64,000 bases of DNA, taken from the IMG/VR virus record IMGVR_UViG_3300017971_000007; one strand, 5' to 3'. Numbering within the stretch: the first letter of the stretch is position 1; every line of letters begins with the position of its first letter. The notes under the pieces were generated by a model. That model saw nothing but the letters and a program-made list of their open reading frames with translations. It had not been told where the DNA came from and did no database searches. Both the position numbers and the translations under genes were made by a program. Source of the stretch: a virus. Positions 39,101 to 47,807 of this stretch are shown here, piece by piece.

Positions 39101-42100
39101 GGGGTAAACACCGTAAAAGAAGGAAACTCCCTGAATCTGGTTCCCATAACTGACAAGCAGATACTTGAGATGAGTAATGGGGAAATCAAAGATGCTGGGA
39201 GAATTGTAACGGCTAAGGACATTAAAGAGGAAAAAGGCGGTCTCCTGGATAAGCAAATAACTGGAGGGGTGAGTGGAACGAAATGGTCGCACATAACACT
39301 TCCGGAAAAAATGCCCAATCCTATCTTCGAAAAAAGCATCGTCTCCCTAACTGGAATTAAGGCTAAGGAATATGAAGACATCGTATATGGCAGAAAAGCT
39401 ATCAATACCAAAACCGGGAAAATAGTTCCTCCAGAAGATGGAATATCCGGCGGTCCAGCCATAGAGCATCTTCTAAGCAAAGTAGACGTCGGAAAAGAGT
39501 TGGAGGCTGCAGAAAAACAACTGAACGACCCCAACATGAGAGCGGACAAGCTAGACCCCATAAACAAGAAAGTAAAATATCTGAAATCGCTGAAACGGCT
39601 GGACATGAATCCGGTTGAGGCTTACATGACCAAGCATGTTCCAGTTCTTCCGCCGTCTATGAGACCTATCTCAGTTATGCAGGATGGAACCCTAATCCAA
39701 GATGATATGAATGGGGTTTATAAAGGTCTGGGCCTCGTAGTAAATAAATTCAAGGACGCTGACCCTAGCGTTCTCCCGCAGGAGGATATCAATAACAGAC
39801 GAGGTTCCATATACGATGCTCTGAAGAGCGTGTCCGGGCTTGGCGGGTACATAAACAGAGAACATAAGGGAGTCCTAGATATCATAAGTGGTAAATCAGC
39901 ATCCAAAGACAGTGACCTGAAAAGCGGAAGTCCTAGAGATTCGTATTTCCAAAGCAAGCTCATAAAAAGGAAACAGGACCTGTCTATGCGCTCCACAATC
40001 ATTCCTGAGCCTGAATTAAGCCTGGACCAGGTAGGGATCCCCAGACAGGCGGCAATGGAAATCTACAAACCGTTTGTCATGAAAGAGATTAGAGGGATGA
40101 CTGGTGTGTCCCCTCTTCAAGCCCAAAAACTGGTAGAGAAGGGAGATACTCTAGCAAACAGGGCGCTGGAAAGGGTTGTAGAGAATAGACCGCTTCTAAT
40201 GAAAAGAGACCCAGTTCTTCACAAGTACGGGGTCCAGGCATTCAAGCCTATTCTCACTAGCGGAAAAGCGATAAAGATTCATCCGCTAGTGACATCAGGA
40301 TTTAATGCAGATTTCGACGGGGATCAACAAATAAACACGGTATTCGCGTTAGTTCCTAGAGATATGTATAATCACGATTCTGGATTTTGGGGTGCACGGA
40401 AAGTAGGAATGAGCGCAAGATTTAAAGAGACTGTCGGATATCTAGAGTCCATGGATGGAGAATTCGCGGTCTGTAATTTGGAAGATTTCCCTAGAGAGAA
40501 GAAATTAAAATCCAAAGATCATATCGACTTCTGGACCGTACCCAATGGAATAAAGGTCGTGGCAATGGATGAGAGGACAAATCAACCTGTTTTGGCTGAT
40601 GTCAGCGGATGGTCATTTCATAGGAAACGAAAGGTTCAGATTGTAGAGCTCGGCAGCGGCAGACAGATAATAACTGATGATGATGAGAGGGCTGTATATG
40701 GAATAGATGTATCTTCATTAAAATGGTGTAGGAAGAGACCTGATGAATCCAAGAATCAGTTTGTCCCGGTGCTGAGTAAGATCCCTGTTCCGGATGAGCT
40801 CATAACACGGATACCGCTTCCAGATTCTCCTCGTTTGAGAAAGGAAGCTCGTTTAGACGGGCAATTTGGATATTTTTTAGGAACAATGATTGGGAATGGA
40901 TGGCCTGGAATCTCAAAAGGTGTTCCTAGAGACGTCTGCTTTTCTACAGAATATGATTCCGTATATGATGCCTGGTTTGAGTCTCTCCTTTCTGTATTCA
41001 AGAAACACCCGAATATCTATTACAGGAGTACAACCAGAGGTCAATTTAAAGGATCAGAGGGGTCTGAATCGCAAATTGTTTCCTGTGCCCCGCTAGCGGT
41101 TCTAATCAAGGAGTTGATAGGAAGTGGGGCAGAGAACAAACACCTTCCCCCATTCTATATCTCCGCTCCGAACATATTTATTAAGGGATTGTTAGCTGGT
41201 TTGTGGGATACCGATGGTTCTGTTTCCTGGTCCGAAGGAAAGAGAACTCCACAATTCATGTGTTCATATACATCAAAATCCATTCGACTGGTGCAGGAGA
41301 TACAACAACTTCTAAGAATGCTAGAAATATCATCAACAATTACCTCTACAGTAACGCCTGCTGGGGAGCCGTTTTGGGTACTAAATGTTTCGATTGTTGA
41401 TTTCCATAGGTTTGGTGGATTCCCTCTTAAGAATAGAAGGAAGAAAGAGATACAGGATGAATTTCTGAGGGAGAAGCAGCCAGATTCTTCTATGTCATAT
41501 AGTCGTTACAGATTGGTTCCTGTCCCATCTGCTTTAGCAAATGAATTGAGGACTGTTCTTGGTTCGAGTTGCAGGACCTTATACGTTACTTTGTCGAAAG
41601 CTATAGAACGTCAGTATGTGTCAAAAGAGACTGCCGTGAGAATAATTAAGATAGTAGGGGAGAGATGCAGACATCCTTTATACTCTGAATGGAAATCCAT
41701 CGTTCTTATGAATAACGTCCATTTTGAGAGAGTTAAGGGAGTCAAGAAAACGGAAATAAGAGAGGACGGATACGACCTTACTGTTCCTGGATACGAGACT
41801 TTCATGTCTCTAGACGGAGTAATTCTATCAAATACAATGTCTGCCTTCGTTCCTATCTCTTCCGAGGCCGTATCAGAGGCCGCAAAAATGTTCCCGTCTA
41901 GGAACTTGTTTAATCCGGCAACAGGGTCCCTGATGTATAAACCCACACTAGAAAGTCAATTAGGACTGTACATGATGTCCAAAGACGGGGACATCAAAGA
42001 CAAGTCTTTCAAGACCTTCCAGGAGGCCGCCGATGCAGCTAAAAAAGGACAGATAGCTTTCACTGATGTAGTGAAGATAGGAAAGGATAAGACTACAGTC

Positions 42101-43855
42101 GGTAAGATGATGATAGCCAACTCTCTTCCTGAGGAGATGCGCCGGGAGATAATTACAGGCGGGGAAATGACGGGTAAGAGACAGGCAGAAATTCTTACTA
42201 GAGTAGCTAAAGAGCGTAAGGCAGATTTCGGGCAGGTAGCGGATAAGTTCAAGGATATGGGAAATACGTATTCCTCAGAAACGGCGTTCTCTCTGGGAAT
42301 AGAGGACCTAAAAACTGATAAATCCAGACGTAATAGGATACTAGAAGAAGCTGATAGACGGGTTAAACAGGCTCTAAAATCAAAAGACCCAAACAAAGCC
42401 TTGAAAGATGTGGTCAGTGTCTACGATAAAGCATCTGAGAAGATGATTGAGACCATAGAAAAGGAACACGGGAAAAAGCCGACAAACCTATTCAATATGA
42501 TGAAATCTGGAATCAAGCCTCAGATGGAAGCCTATCGACAAATCACCATGGCCCCGATGTTGGTCATGAATGCCAAGGGCGAAGTGATTCCTAATCCAAT
42601 CAGAAAATCATGGTCTGAGGGATTAGACACAGGAGACTACTGGACTCAGATGTCCGGAGCTCGAAAAGGTGTCATCCAGAAGGTCCAGTCTGTTAAAGAC
42701 CCAGGATATTTCACCAAACAAGTAGTAAATACTGTCATGAACAACAGCATCTTGGCCGAAGATTGCGGAACAAAGAGAGGGATAAGTCTGGATGTGAGTG
42801 AGAAAGATATCCTGGACAGATATCTTTCTGAGGATATCAAAGTCGGAAACAAGGTCCTGAAGAAAGACACTCTGATAACTCCAGGAGTCAGAGACACTTT
42901 GAGGAATAATAAAGTCAATAAGGTATTAGTGAGGTCACCCTTAAGATGCGAGCACGGAAGGGGTCTATGCAGTAGATGTTATGGACTGGATGAGAATGGA
43001 GAAAATGTTACCACAGGGAAGAATGTTGGAATTGTTAGTGCTCAATCTATAGGAGAGAGAGCGACCCAACTATCTATGAAGACATTCCATTCAGGTGGTG
43101 TAGCCCCTGTAGGGGAGAAGTCTAAACAACAGGCGGCGTTGACTGATGGGTTTAATAGGGTCCAGCAGTTGGTCCAGATGAACAAAACTGTTCCCGGTTC
43201 AGCTACACTAAGCACTGTGAACGGTGTCGTGGACAGTGTCAGCAAAGACAAAGCCGGAGGATATAGCGTGGTTATTAGCGGAGTCAGGCATTACATACCT
43301 CAGGATAGGGGAGAACCGATGGTTTTCTCTGGAAATAAGGCCGTTCCCATTACCAAGGGATCAAAGATTCAAAAGGGAGCGCCGCTATCTGGGGGTCCGA
43401 TAAATCCGCATGAGATGTTGCCATTGACTGGAATAAACAAGGTCCAGAGTTATGTATCTGGGGCTTTGCATGATCTATATAAGAGTGAGGGGATTAGGCG
43501 GAGAAATATCGAAACTGCAGTCAAGAGCATGACTAATCTCACCAAGATAAGAAATCCAGGAGATAACCCCGAATTCATAAGAGGGGATTTTGCGCCTACC
43601 TCATACGTGCAGGCTCTGAATAAGCAGCTAGTCAAGGACAAGCGAAAGCCTATAGAGCACACTCCCGTTATCAAGGGAGTAAAAACCATGCCCCTGGACA
43701 TTCAAACGGACTGGATGGCAAGATTAAACCATGAACGTCTGACTGATACCGTAATCGATGCAGCAAACCAGGGATGGAAGTCCGATATACACGGAACCCA
43801 TCCGATTCCGGCTCTGGTCTATGGAGCAGAGTTTGGCAAAGGAAAACCATACTAA
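36140..43855 (+). CDS. DNA-directed RNA polymerase, fused beta-beta' single polypeptide, intein-containing
   Basis: Beta motifs: DQTNPL, HLGFLDPIHTPE, PFKGYNFEDGIVISES, GDKLCGRSGNKG, KLKHQVEKK. Beta' motifs: VLPPSMRP, KRQDLSMRSTI, LMKRDPVLH, NADFDGD, GARKG, EDCGT, RSPLRC..CSRCYG, QSIGERATQLSMKTFHSGG. ATG follows AAGGAG. Confidence 0.95.
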   Translation: MSRLAPEENFEALKEKVSETLKGIFPIEGKNQSLRLDDVLINDDKDIDDFRTQKEARLNGRTWSVPVSASFSLIDNETGKVINTRRQKIMNLPKITSRHSYIVDGQEYQVDNQWRLKYGVYSRKNDKGEIESTFHTRGAPGFKLRFDPESSNFVMKKGNSEFPAYPILREMGVSDSNIEQIWGKEILETNRSTDPKKALMSFHRAITGTKAQNVEEAREYIKDYMAKTDMDEDVNRITLGRKQSVVDGNLMLEASGKLLGISRGTKKPDVRDSLIFKSFHSTEDFISEALTNRSRDILKKIRNNLDRKQQVKEIIGTDLFNKPIAHAFTKTSLSNHVDQTNPLEMLSGAMKTTIMGEGGIKDAHKITDDAKLVDESHLGFLDPIHTPESDRSGITLHLPVGAYKKGNTVVNKLYNLKTGKMEEVDPEKAYNSKIALPDQVKWVKGKPVALHDEVKMSGQENEIITGSLKDADYAVTSPVQLFSIASNMVPFLQNNSGNRATYAGKQMEQALSLKHREEPLVQTAIVSGRPESSLNEFVGRINSQRSPINGEIVEVKNDAIIVKGEDGKNREVQIYDNFPLNDDKSFMHSDPIVKVGDKVKKGQTLADTNFSKNGKLAIGTNLKAAYIPFKGYNFEDGIVISESAAKKLTSEHMKRKSLDVTSEHIQDKNKFIAYERANINQEQADKLSDDGIIKKGSLVMPGDTLIAALKKREETDEARIKAKMHKSLVKPYDNVSVKWESDYPGVVTGIVKKGGKTEVHVRTEEPAEIGDKLCGRSGNKGIITRIIPDHEMPKTKDGEHVEIALNPTGVAGRINLGQILETAAGKIAQKTGKPYTVQNFDGTEDMTERVSRELKAHGIEDKEELVDPKTGKVMGKALVGPHYIHKLKHQVEKKLVARAGGPGYLYDMNKIPKSGSRPGLGAQAMDALGMYAMLAHGANANVREMATYKSDAENNDRLWSSIQAGDVLPPPRPSFAYNKFIDLLKVAGVNTVKEGNSLNLVPITDKQILEMSNGEIKDAGRIVTAKDIKEEKGGLLDKQITGGVSGTKWSHITLPEKMPNPIFEKSIVSLTGIKAKEYEDIVYGRKAINTKTGKIVPPEDGISGGPAIEHLLSKVDVGKELEAAEKQLNDPNMRADKLDPINKKVKYLKSLKRLDMNPVEAYMTKHVPVLPPSMRPISVMQDGTLIQDDMNGVYKGLGLVVNKFKDADPSVLPQEDINNRRGSIYDALKSVSGLGGYINREHKGVLDIISGKSASKDSDLKSGSPRDSYFQSKLIKRKQDLSMRSTIIPEPELSLDQVGIPRQAAMEIYKPFVMKEIRGMTGVSPLQAQKLVEKGDTLANRALERVVENRPLLMKRDPVLHKYGVQAFKPILTSGKAIKIHPLVTSGFNADFDGDQQINTVFALVPRDMYNHDSGFWGARKVGMSARFKETVGYLESMDGEFAVCNLEDFPREKKLKSKDHIDFWTVPNGIKVVAMDERTNQPVLADVSGWSFHRKRKVQIVELGSGRQIITDDDERAVYGIDVSSLKWCRKRPDESKNQFVPVLSKIPVPDELITRIPLPDSPRLRKEARLDGQFGYFLGTMIGNGWPGISKGVPRDVCFSTEYDSVYDAWFESLLSVFKKHPNIYYRSTTRGQFKGSEGSESQIVSCAPLAVLIKELIGSGAENKHLPPFYISAPNIFIKGLLAGLWDTDGSVSWSEGKRTPQFMCSYTSKSIRLVQEIQQLLRMLEISSTITSTVTPAGEPFWVLNVSIVDFHRFGGFPLKNRRKKEIQDEFLREKQPDSSMSYSRYRLVPVPSALANELRTVLGSSCRTLYVTLSKAIERQYVSKETAVRIIKIVGERCRHPLYSEWKSIVLMNNVHFERVKGVKKTEIREDGYDLTVPGYETFMSLDGVILSNTMSAFVPISSEAVSEAAKMFPSRNLFNPATGSLMYKPTLESQLGLYMMSKDGDIKDKSFKTFQEAADAAKKGQIAFTDVVKIGKDKTTVGKMMIANSLPEEMRREIITGGEMTGKRQAEILTRVAKERKADFGQVADKFKDMGNTYSSETAFSLGIEDLKTDKSRRNRILEEADRRVKQALKSKDPNKALKDVVSVYDKASEKMIETIEKEHGKKPTNLFNMMKSGIKPQMEAYRQITMAPMLVMNAKGEVIPNPIRKSWSEGLDTGDYWTQMSGARKGVIQKVQSVKDPGYFTKQVVNTVMNNSILAEDCGTKRGISLDVSEKDILDRYLSEDIKVGNKVLKKDTLITPGVRDTLRNNKVNKVLVRSPLRCEHGRGLCSRCYGLDENGENVTTGKNVGIVSAQSIGERATQLSMKTFHSGGVAPVGEKSKQQAALTDGFNRVQQLVQMNKTVPGSATLSTVNGVVDSVSKDKAGGYSVVISGVRHYIPQDRGEPMVFSGNKAVPITKGSKIQKGAPLSGGPINPHEMLPLTGINKVQSYVSGALHDLYKSEGIRRRNIETAVKSMTNLTKIRNPGDNPEFIRGDFAPTSYVQALNKQLVKDKRKPIEHTPVIKGVKTMPLDIQTDWMARLNHERLTDTVIDAANQGWKSDIHGTHPIPALVYGAEFGKGKPY
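40325..41833 (+). mobile_element. Atypical intein (about 503 aa) with a LAGLIDADG domain, inserted directly after NADFDGD
   Basis: Removal restores NADFDGD|TMSAFVP. Ends GYDLTVPGYETF...ILSN/T. Endonuclease motifs FLGTMIGNG and LAGLWDTDG. The N-terminal boundary is uncertain. Confidence 0.85.
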
Positions 43856-44190
43856 TGGAAGACGAACTTTACATCGCAAAAATGGCTTCAGCTTTTTTGG
43901 ATGAGATGACGGAGATAGAAAAAGTGGCCTTATTGGGAGGGGCGCTGAACTTTTTCAAAGGGGGTTTAAGAGGACTATCCAAAGCCGTCTCGGCTCCAGC
44001 TGGAACCTCATTCGCAAGACGTATGGGAGTGGGAAAAACTGGATTGTGGAATCAGCTCAGTCACGCGTACAAGAGCGGAGCTCAGAAGGGGGGATTTAGG
44101 GAGGGTGCTCGTAGAGTGATGGCTCAGAAACCTGTCCAAATTGCGGGAACCGTGGCCGCTCCCGTAGCCGCGGGTTATGCTCTCGGTTAA
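43855..44190 (+). CDS. Small Gly/Ala-rich basic protein with an AFLDEMTEIEKVA tag
   Basis: TAATG coupling to the RNAP stop; hydrophobic C-end. Confidence 0.65.
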   Translation: MEDELYIAKMASAFLDEMTEIEKVALLGGALNFFKGGLRGLSKAVSAPAGTSFARRMGVGKTGLWNQLSHAYKSGAQKGGFREGARRVMAQKPVQIAGTVAAPVAAGYALG

Positions 44191-44192
44191 CA

Positions 44193-45416
44193 ATGCCTCC
44201 AGCAATAAGAGACACAAAAAACTCTCCAACCAGGTCTAGCCAAAGAGCGGCGTGGATATCAAAGGCTATCGTCACGAACGTCGACCTAAAAAACTATACC
44301 GTGGATGTCATTACTGAGTACGAGGGAAAGACATTCGACAGTATCCAAGTCGGGAGCCCGTATTTCCACACCAACAATGGAGAAGGTATCACCGCAATGC
44401 CCGAAGTCGGGGCTTTATGTGAAATATGCCAGCCCTCGGACGAGGATACTCCATTTATTTTGTCCTTTATCGGGTCCTTCGAAATGGAATTCGCCAAGCA
44501 AGATAATTTAGAGGACCTGGCCGGAGAAGCGGAAGTCGAGACCGAGGAATTAGAGAGTACCCTTAGCACCCCCACATCAACTACATCCACAGGTTCGTCT
44601 GACAAAAACGTTTCAAGTGCGTCGGCGCGAGGGGGACGCCCATTTCTTAATCCAGGGGATATTCTTCTAAGGACTAGAGACGAGAACTTCATAATTCTCA
44701 GAAGAGGTGGAGTAATCCAGATTGGCTCAACTCCGATGTGTCAATCCATTTACATCCCTCTCAAGAACTACATCAGGCATTTCTGCGAGAACATAGAAAC
44801 TAGTACTCCCGGAGGGGTTCTGACATGGAACGTTCAAAGGAAAGAGAAGGACCCTGCCGGGGAAGCACCTATCTTGTATAGATTATCTCTCAGGGATAAA
44901 GCTCAGAACGACAAGGCTGATATTCAACTAAAGATGGGTCATGTTTCCGATTCAATAAGGTATGAGTTATCGGTAGCTCCGTCAGGTATATCCACATCTA
45001 CTGGGAGTATCAACAATTCCAAATTCAAGATGGTCGTAGATAACGTCGGGAATCAGACATTTAACATGTCAGGTTCTTTAGATTACACCATCTCCGGTTC
45101 TCGGAAATTTTCTGTATCAGGTTCTGATGAGGTCTCGATAGGCTCTTCCAGGATTGTGAAGGCATCCACTGAATCTACTGAAATCACAGGAGCTCATAGC
45201 CTAAAAGCTGCCTCCAGTTCTGAGGAGATAACCGGCCTAAAAGCAATAAAAGCCACTCAAGTTTACTTGGGAAAGGCTTCGAACTTTTCTGCTGTATTGG
45301 GGGAGTTACTGGTTATTTGGCTAACCAAGCACGTTCATCCGATGTGGAACGTTCCAGATGTTCAGGTGGCGGAGTTGCCCAATATCCTTTCCAAGAATAT
45401 AAAGGTTAGTCCATGA
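44193..45416 (+). CDS. Baseplate central spike protein (gpV/gp5-like)
   Basis: N-terminal OB-like region (VTNVD...TVDV...MPEVGA), 8-residue beta-helix-like repeats and a C-terminal HVH metal-binding tip motif. Confidence 0.7.
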   Translation: MPPAIRDTKNSPTRSSQRAAWISKAIVTNVDLKNYTVDVITEYEGKTFDSIQVGSPYFHTNNGEGITAMPEVGALCEICQPSDEDTPFILSFIGSFEMEFAKQDNLEDLAGEAEVETEELESTLSTPTSTTSTGSSDKNVSSASARGGRPFLNPGDILLRTRDENFIILRRGGVIQIGSTPMCQSIYIPLKNYIRHFCENIETSTPGGVLTWNVQRKEKDPAGEAPILYRLSLRDKAQNDKADIQLKMGHVSDSIRYELSVAPSGISTSTGSINNSKFKMVVDNVGNQTFNMSGSLDYTISGSRKFSVSGSDEVSIGSSRIVKASTESTEITGAHSLKAASSSEEITGLKAIKATQVYLGKASNFSAVLGELLVIWLTKHVHPMWNVPDVQVAELPNILSKNIKVSP

Positions 45417-45772
45417 AGATATCAGAATCTGGATTAGAAAATCTTCTAGTAAAATACATAACTACCCTTAAGGCAGTCGCAAAGGATACGATAACAGGAG
45501 TGGATGTCTCAAAGGAGACACAACCGGACGGTTCCACGAAGATTAAACAAGTGCCTAGAAAAGGAGATGTCTACATCCCAAAAAATTTTGCTAGTGCCTT
45601 ATCTAAAGGAATGGCCAAGGCGATATTCGAGCATATCGTGGGATACATAAACAATCCCGTTGTGTCTAAACTCAACGAATTGATAGGACAATACAATCAG
45701 CTGCGAAGTGACTGCATTTCAGGAGGAATCATCACAACAGCCACGGCAGTCGATGAAATAACAATAAACTAG
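45413..45772 (+). CDS. Hypothetical protein next to the spike gene
   Basis: ATGA coupling. Confidence 0.6.
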   Translation: MKISESGLENLLVKYITTLKAVAKDTITGVDVSKETQPDGSTKIKQVPRKGDVYIPKNFASALSKGMAKAIFEHIVGYINNPVVSKLNELIGQYNQLRSDCISGGIITTATAVDEITIN

Positions 45773-45791
45773 CAGCTATCAGGAGAACAAA

Positions 45792-47807
45792 ATGAATCTT
45801 TTTCTGGATGATGTCACTCCTCGGATTATGGAAAAGATCAGTGCAGCTTTCGCCAGGCTGTCTGAGAATCCTGACGATTGGCAATCTGAAATTACAGATG
45901 AACTATACAGGCAAGTTCCGTTTATCGGAGATTTCGACACGAAGATAATCATGATGGAACTTGACCCAGAGAGAAGATATGCACTAGCGGCCATAAAGCT
46001 TAGCAGTAGGCTGAATAAAATCCCGAAACAGGAGAACGGACACAATCCGTATAGCAATGAAATAAGTCCAGATCTATCTGGACAAAAGACGGCAATAATA
46101 CCGGTCATCGTACAAGAGGGAAAGATGAGCCCGTTGGATGTATTTATATCCAACGGAATGTTTCAACCGCTGACGGACAAAAGGCTGAAGAAGGAAATGT
46201 TTAGGCCTCAGATGTTCGAGGCGATTGGAGAGTCACCAGGAACTAAGGACATGACCGAGATGTTGTATCCGCCATATCGAATGGGATTGGGGGGGACGAA
46301 CTCGTATATGGGGCATATGCAAAAATCCAGCTCTCCAAATAGGATAATTGACGTTATTCGACATACCCTCAATCAGAATGAGGTGGAGAAGGTATGCAGT
46401 GCTATAACCGAGGATGAAGAAACTTTGTCCCTGTTTATCAGAAATCCAGAGGCCAGTCATTTCATGGACAAGCTGGTGGAGGACGTGAAGACAGTTTCTT
46501 CTAGTGAGATGATGAAGACGGCCTCGGGGATGATCAAACCCAAAGTCATCCAAATATCAAAAATAGACGGCGGATTCCGTGTTAAGACAGCCAACCCCGA
46601 GGCTTTACTTCCAGAGGAAAATGATATCCCAAGACCGTTGGCTGAAGAAATGGCTGGAGCAGATGTGGTGAGGAAGGTGGAAAATGGGGAGACTGTGACT
46701 ATCAGTACGAACAAGGCCTCCAGAGAATCTCTGGCTGATATTACGGTCAGTGTCGTGGAAGAGTTTGGAGAATATAAGGTCAAGACAAAGGACGGTCGGG
46801 AACTAGTCGGATGGGTGTTTCCTCATGTTGTAGACCTAGACGGGACCTCACTAGATATTTCTGTTTTCACGAACGGTTCCGAATCTGCTGTCCAGGAGTC
46901 AATAGCTGGGAGTCTTGTAGGAAAGGGGACGAATTTAATAGACGAGAATCCGAGCGGATTTGGTATTTTCTATTTAGCCAGACAGGGAGGAGCTACTGCC
47001 ATAGTTCCGGTGAATATTGTGGCAGAAGCTCAATCAACAGAGCTGGTTGATGAATACATCTGCGAAACCATGCTTGGGGAAAGAGTGATTATCAAGAAGC
47101 TACCGGGTTTGGTTAAGGCCGCGCAGATAGAAGATGGTATGTACGCTATCCCAGATGATTGTGGGTGGATTCCCCTCCAAAGAATGACTGAGCTCTCAGA
47201 GAATCCGGACGAGTTTATGAAAACTTCAGCCGTGCGACTCGATTTTGATGCGGTCAAGGTCATGCATGACCACGGCTCTTATTCCATGAAGGGTCGGCAC
47301 ATTGAAAAATTAGCATCTGTGTGCCAGACGAGCGGTATTTCAGAAGACCAGGCAATATTCAATCTGGCTATTTTGGGTATCCCTTCTGATATATCCAGAG
47401 AGAAATTGGCGGAATCGAGGAAATATTCTCATTGGGTGAATATACAGGGAGCGAAACCAGTAAAGTTGTTGAGTGAGAGAATCAAAGAAGCGAGGATGAA
47501 ATCCATTGAGTTCGTGAAGAAGGTTCCGAGAATGCCGATGTTCTTGAAAGAGGCGGCATTGATTGACGACCCATCGACTGTTGATAATGTCCTCTCTCTG
47601 GGATTTCTCAATTCAGAGAATGTATCAACATTTGTGGAATACATCCCTGATTTGGAAAGAACTGTCTCGAGAATGTGCAATCTCTTGATAGCTTCCAGAT
47701 TAGGCCTGAAAAATATCATTGACGTGACTGCCCTGGAACGGCTAATTAAACATATGGATGTGGTAATTAATGGACTAAAAGAATTGTCTCAGTACACAAA
47801 TGATTAG
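45792..47807 (+). CDS. Large head-module protein with multiple K-x-A/S motifs
   Basis: EKISA, MKTAS, MKTSA, EKLAS, LKEAA; strong RBS. Confidence 0.6.
   Translation: MNLFLDDVTPRIMEKISAAFARLSENPDDWQSEITDELYRQVPFIGDFDTKIIMMELDPERRYALAAIKLSSRLNKIPKQENGHNPYSNEISPDLSGQKTAIIPVIVQEGKMSPLDVFISNGMFQPLTDKRLKKEMFRPQMFEAIGESPGTKDMTEMLYPPYRMGLGGTNSYMGHMQKSSSPNRIIDVIRHTLNQNEVEKVCSAITEDEETLSLFIRNPEASHFMDKLVEDVKTVSSSEMMKTASGMIKPKVIQISKIDGGFRVKTANPEALLPEENDIPRPLAEEMAGADVVRKVENGETVTISTNKASRESLADITVSVVEEFGEYKVKTKDGRELVGWVFPHVVDLDGTSLDISVFTNGSESAVQESIAGSLVGKGTNLIDENPSGFGIFYLARQGGATAIVPVNIVAEAQSTELVDEYICETMLGERVIIKKLPGLVKAAQIEDGMYAIPDDCGWIPLQRMTELSENPDEFMKTSAVRLDFDAVKVMHDHGSYSMKGRHIEKLASVCQTSGISEDQAIFNLAILGIPSDISREKLAESRKYSHWVNIQGAKPVKLLSERIKEARMKSIEFVKKVPRMPMFLKEAALIDDPSTVDNVLSLGFLNSENVSTFVEYIPDLERTVSRMCNLLIASRLGLKNIIDVTALERLIKHMDVVINGLKELSQYTND

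Noticed and set aside
36140-43855. Host chromosomal rpoBC (bacterial contig or chimera)
   Set aside because: It is flanked by portal and spike genes, there are no ribosomal protein genes, and the sequence is reduced and diverged.
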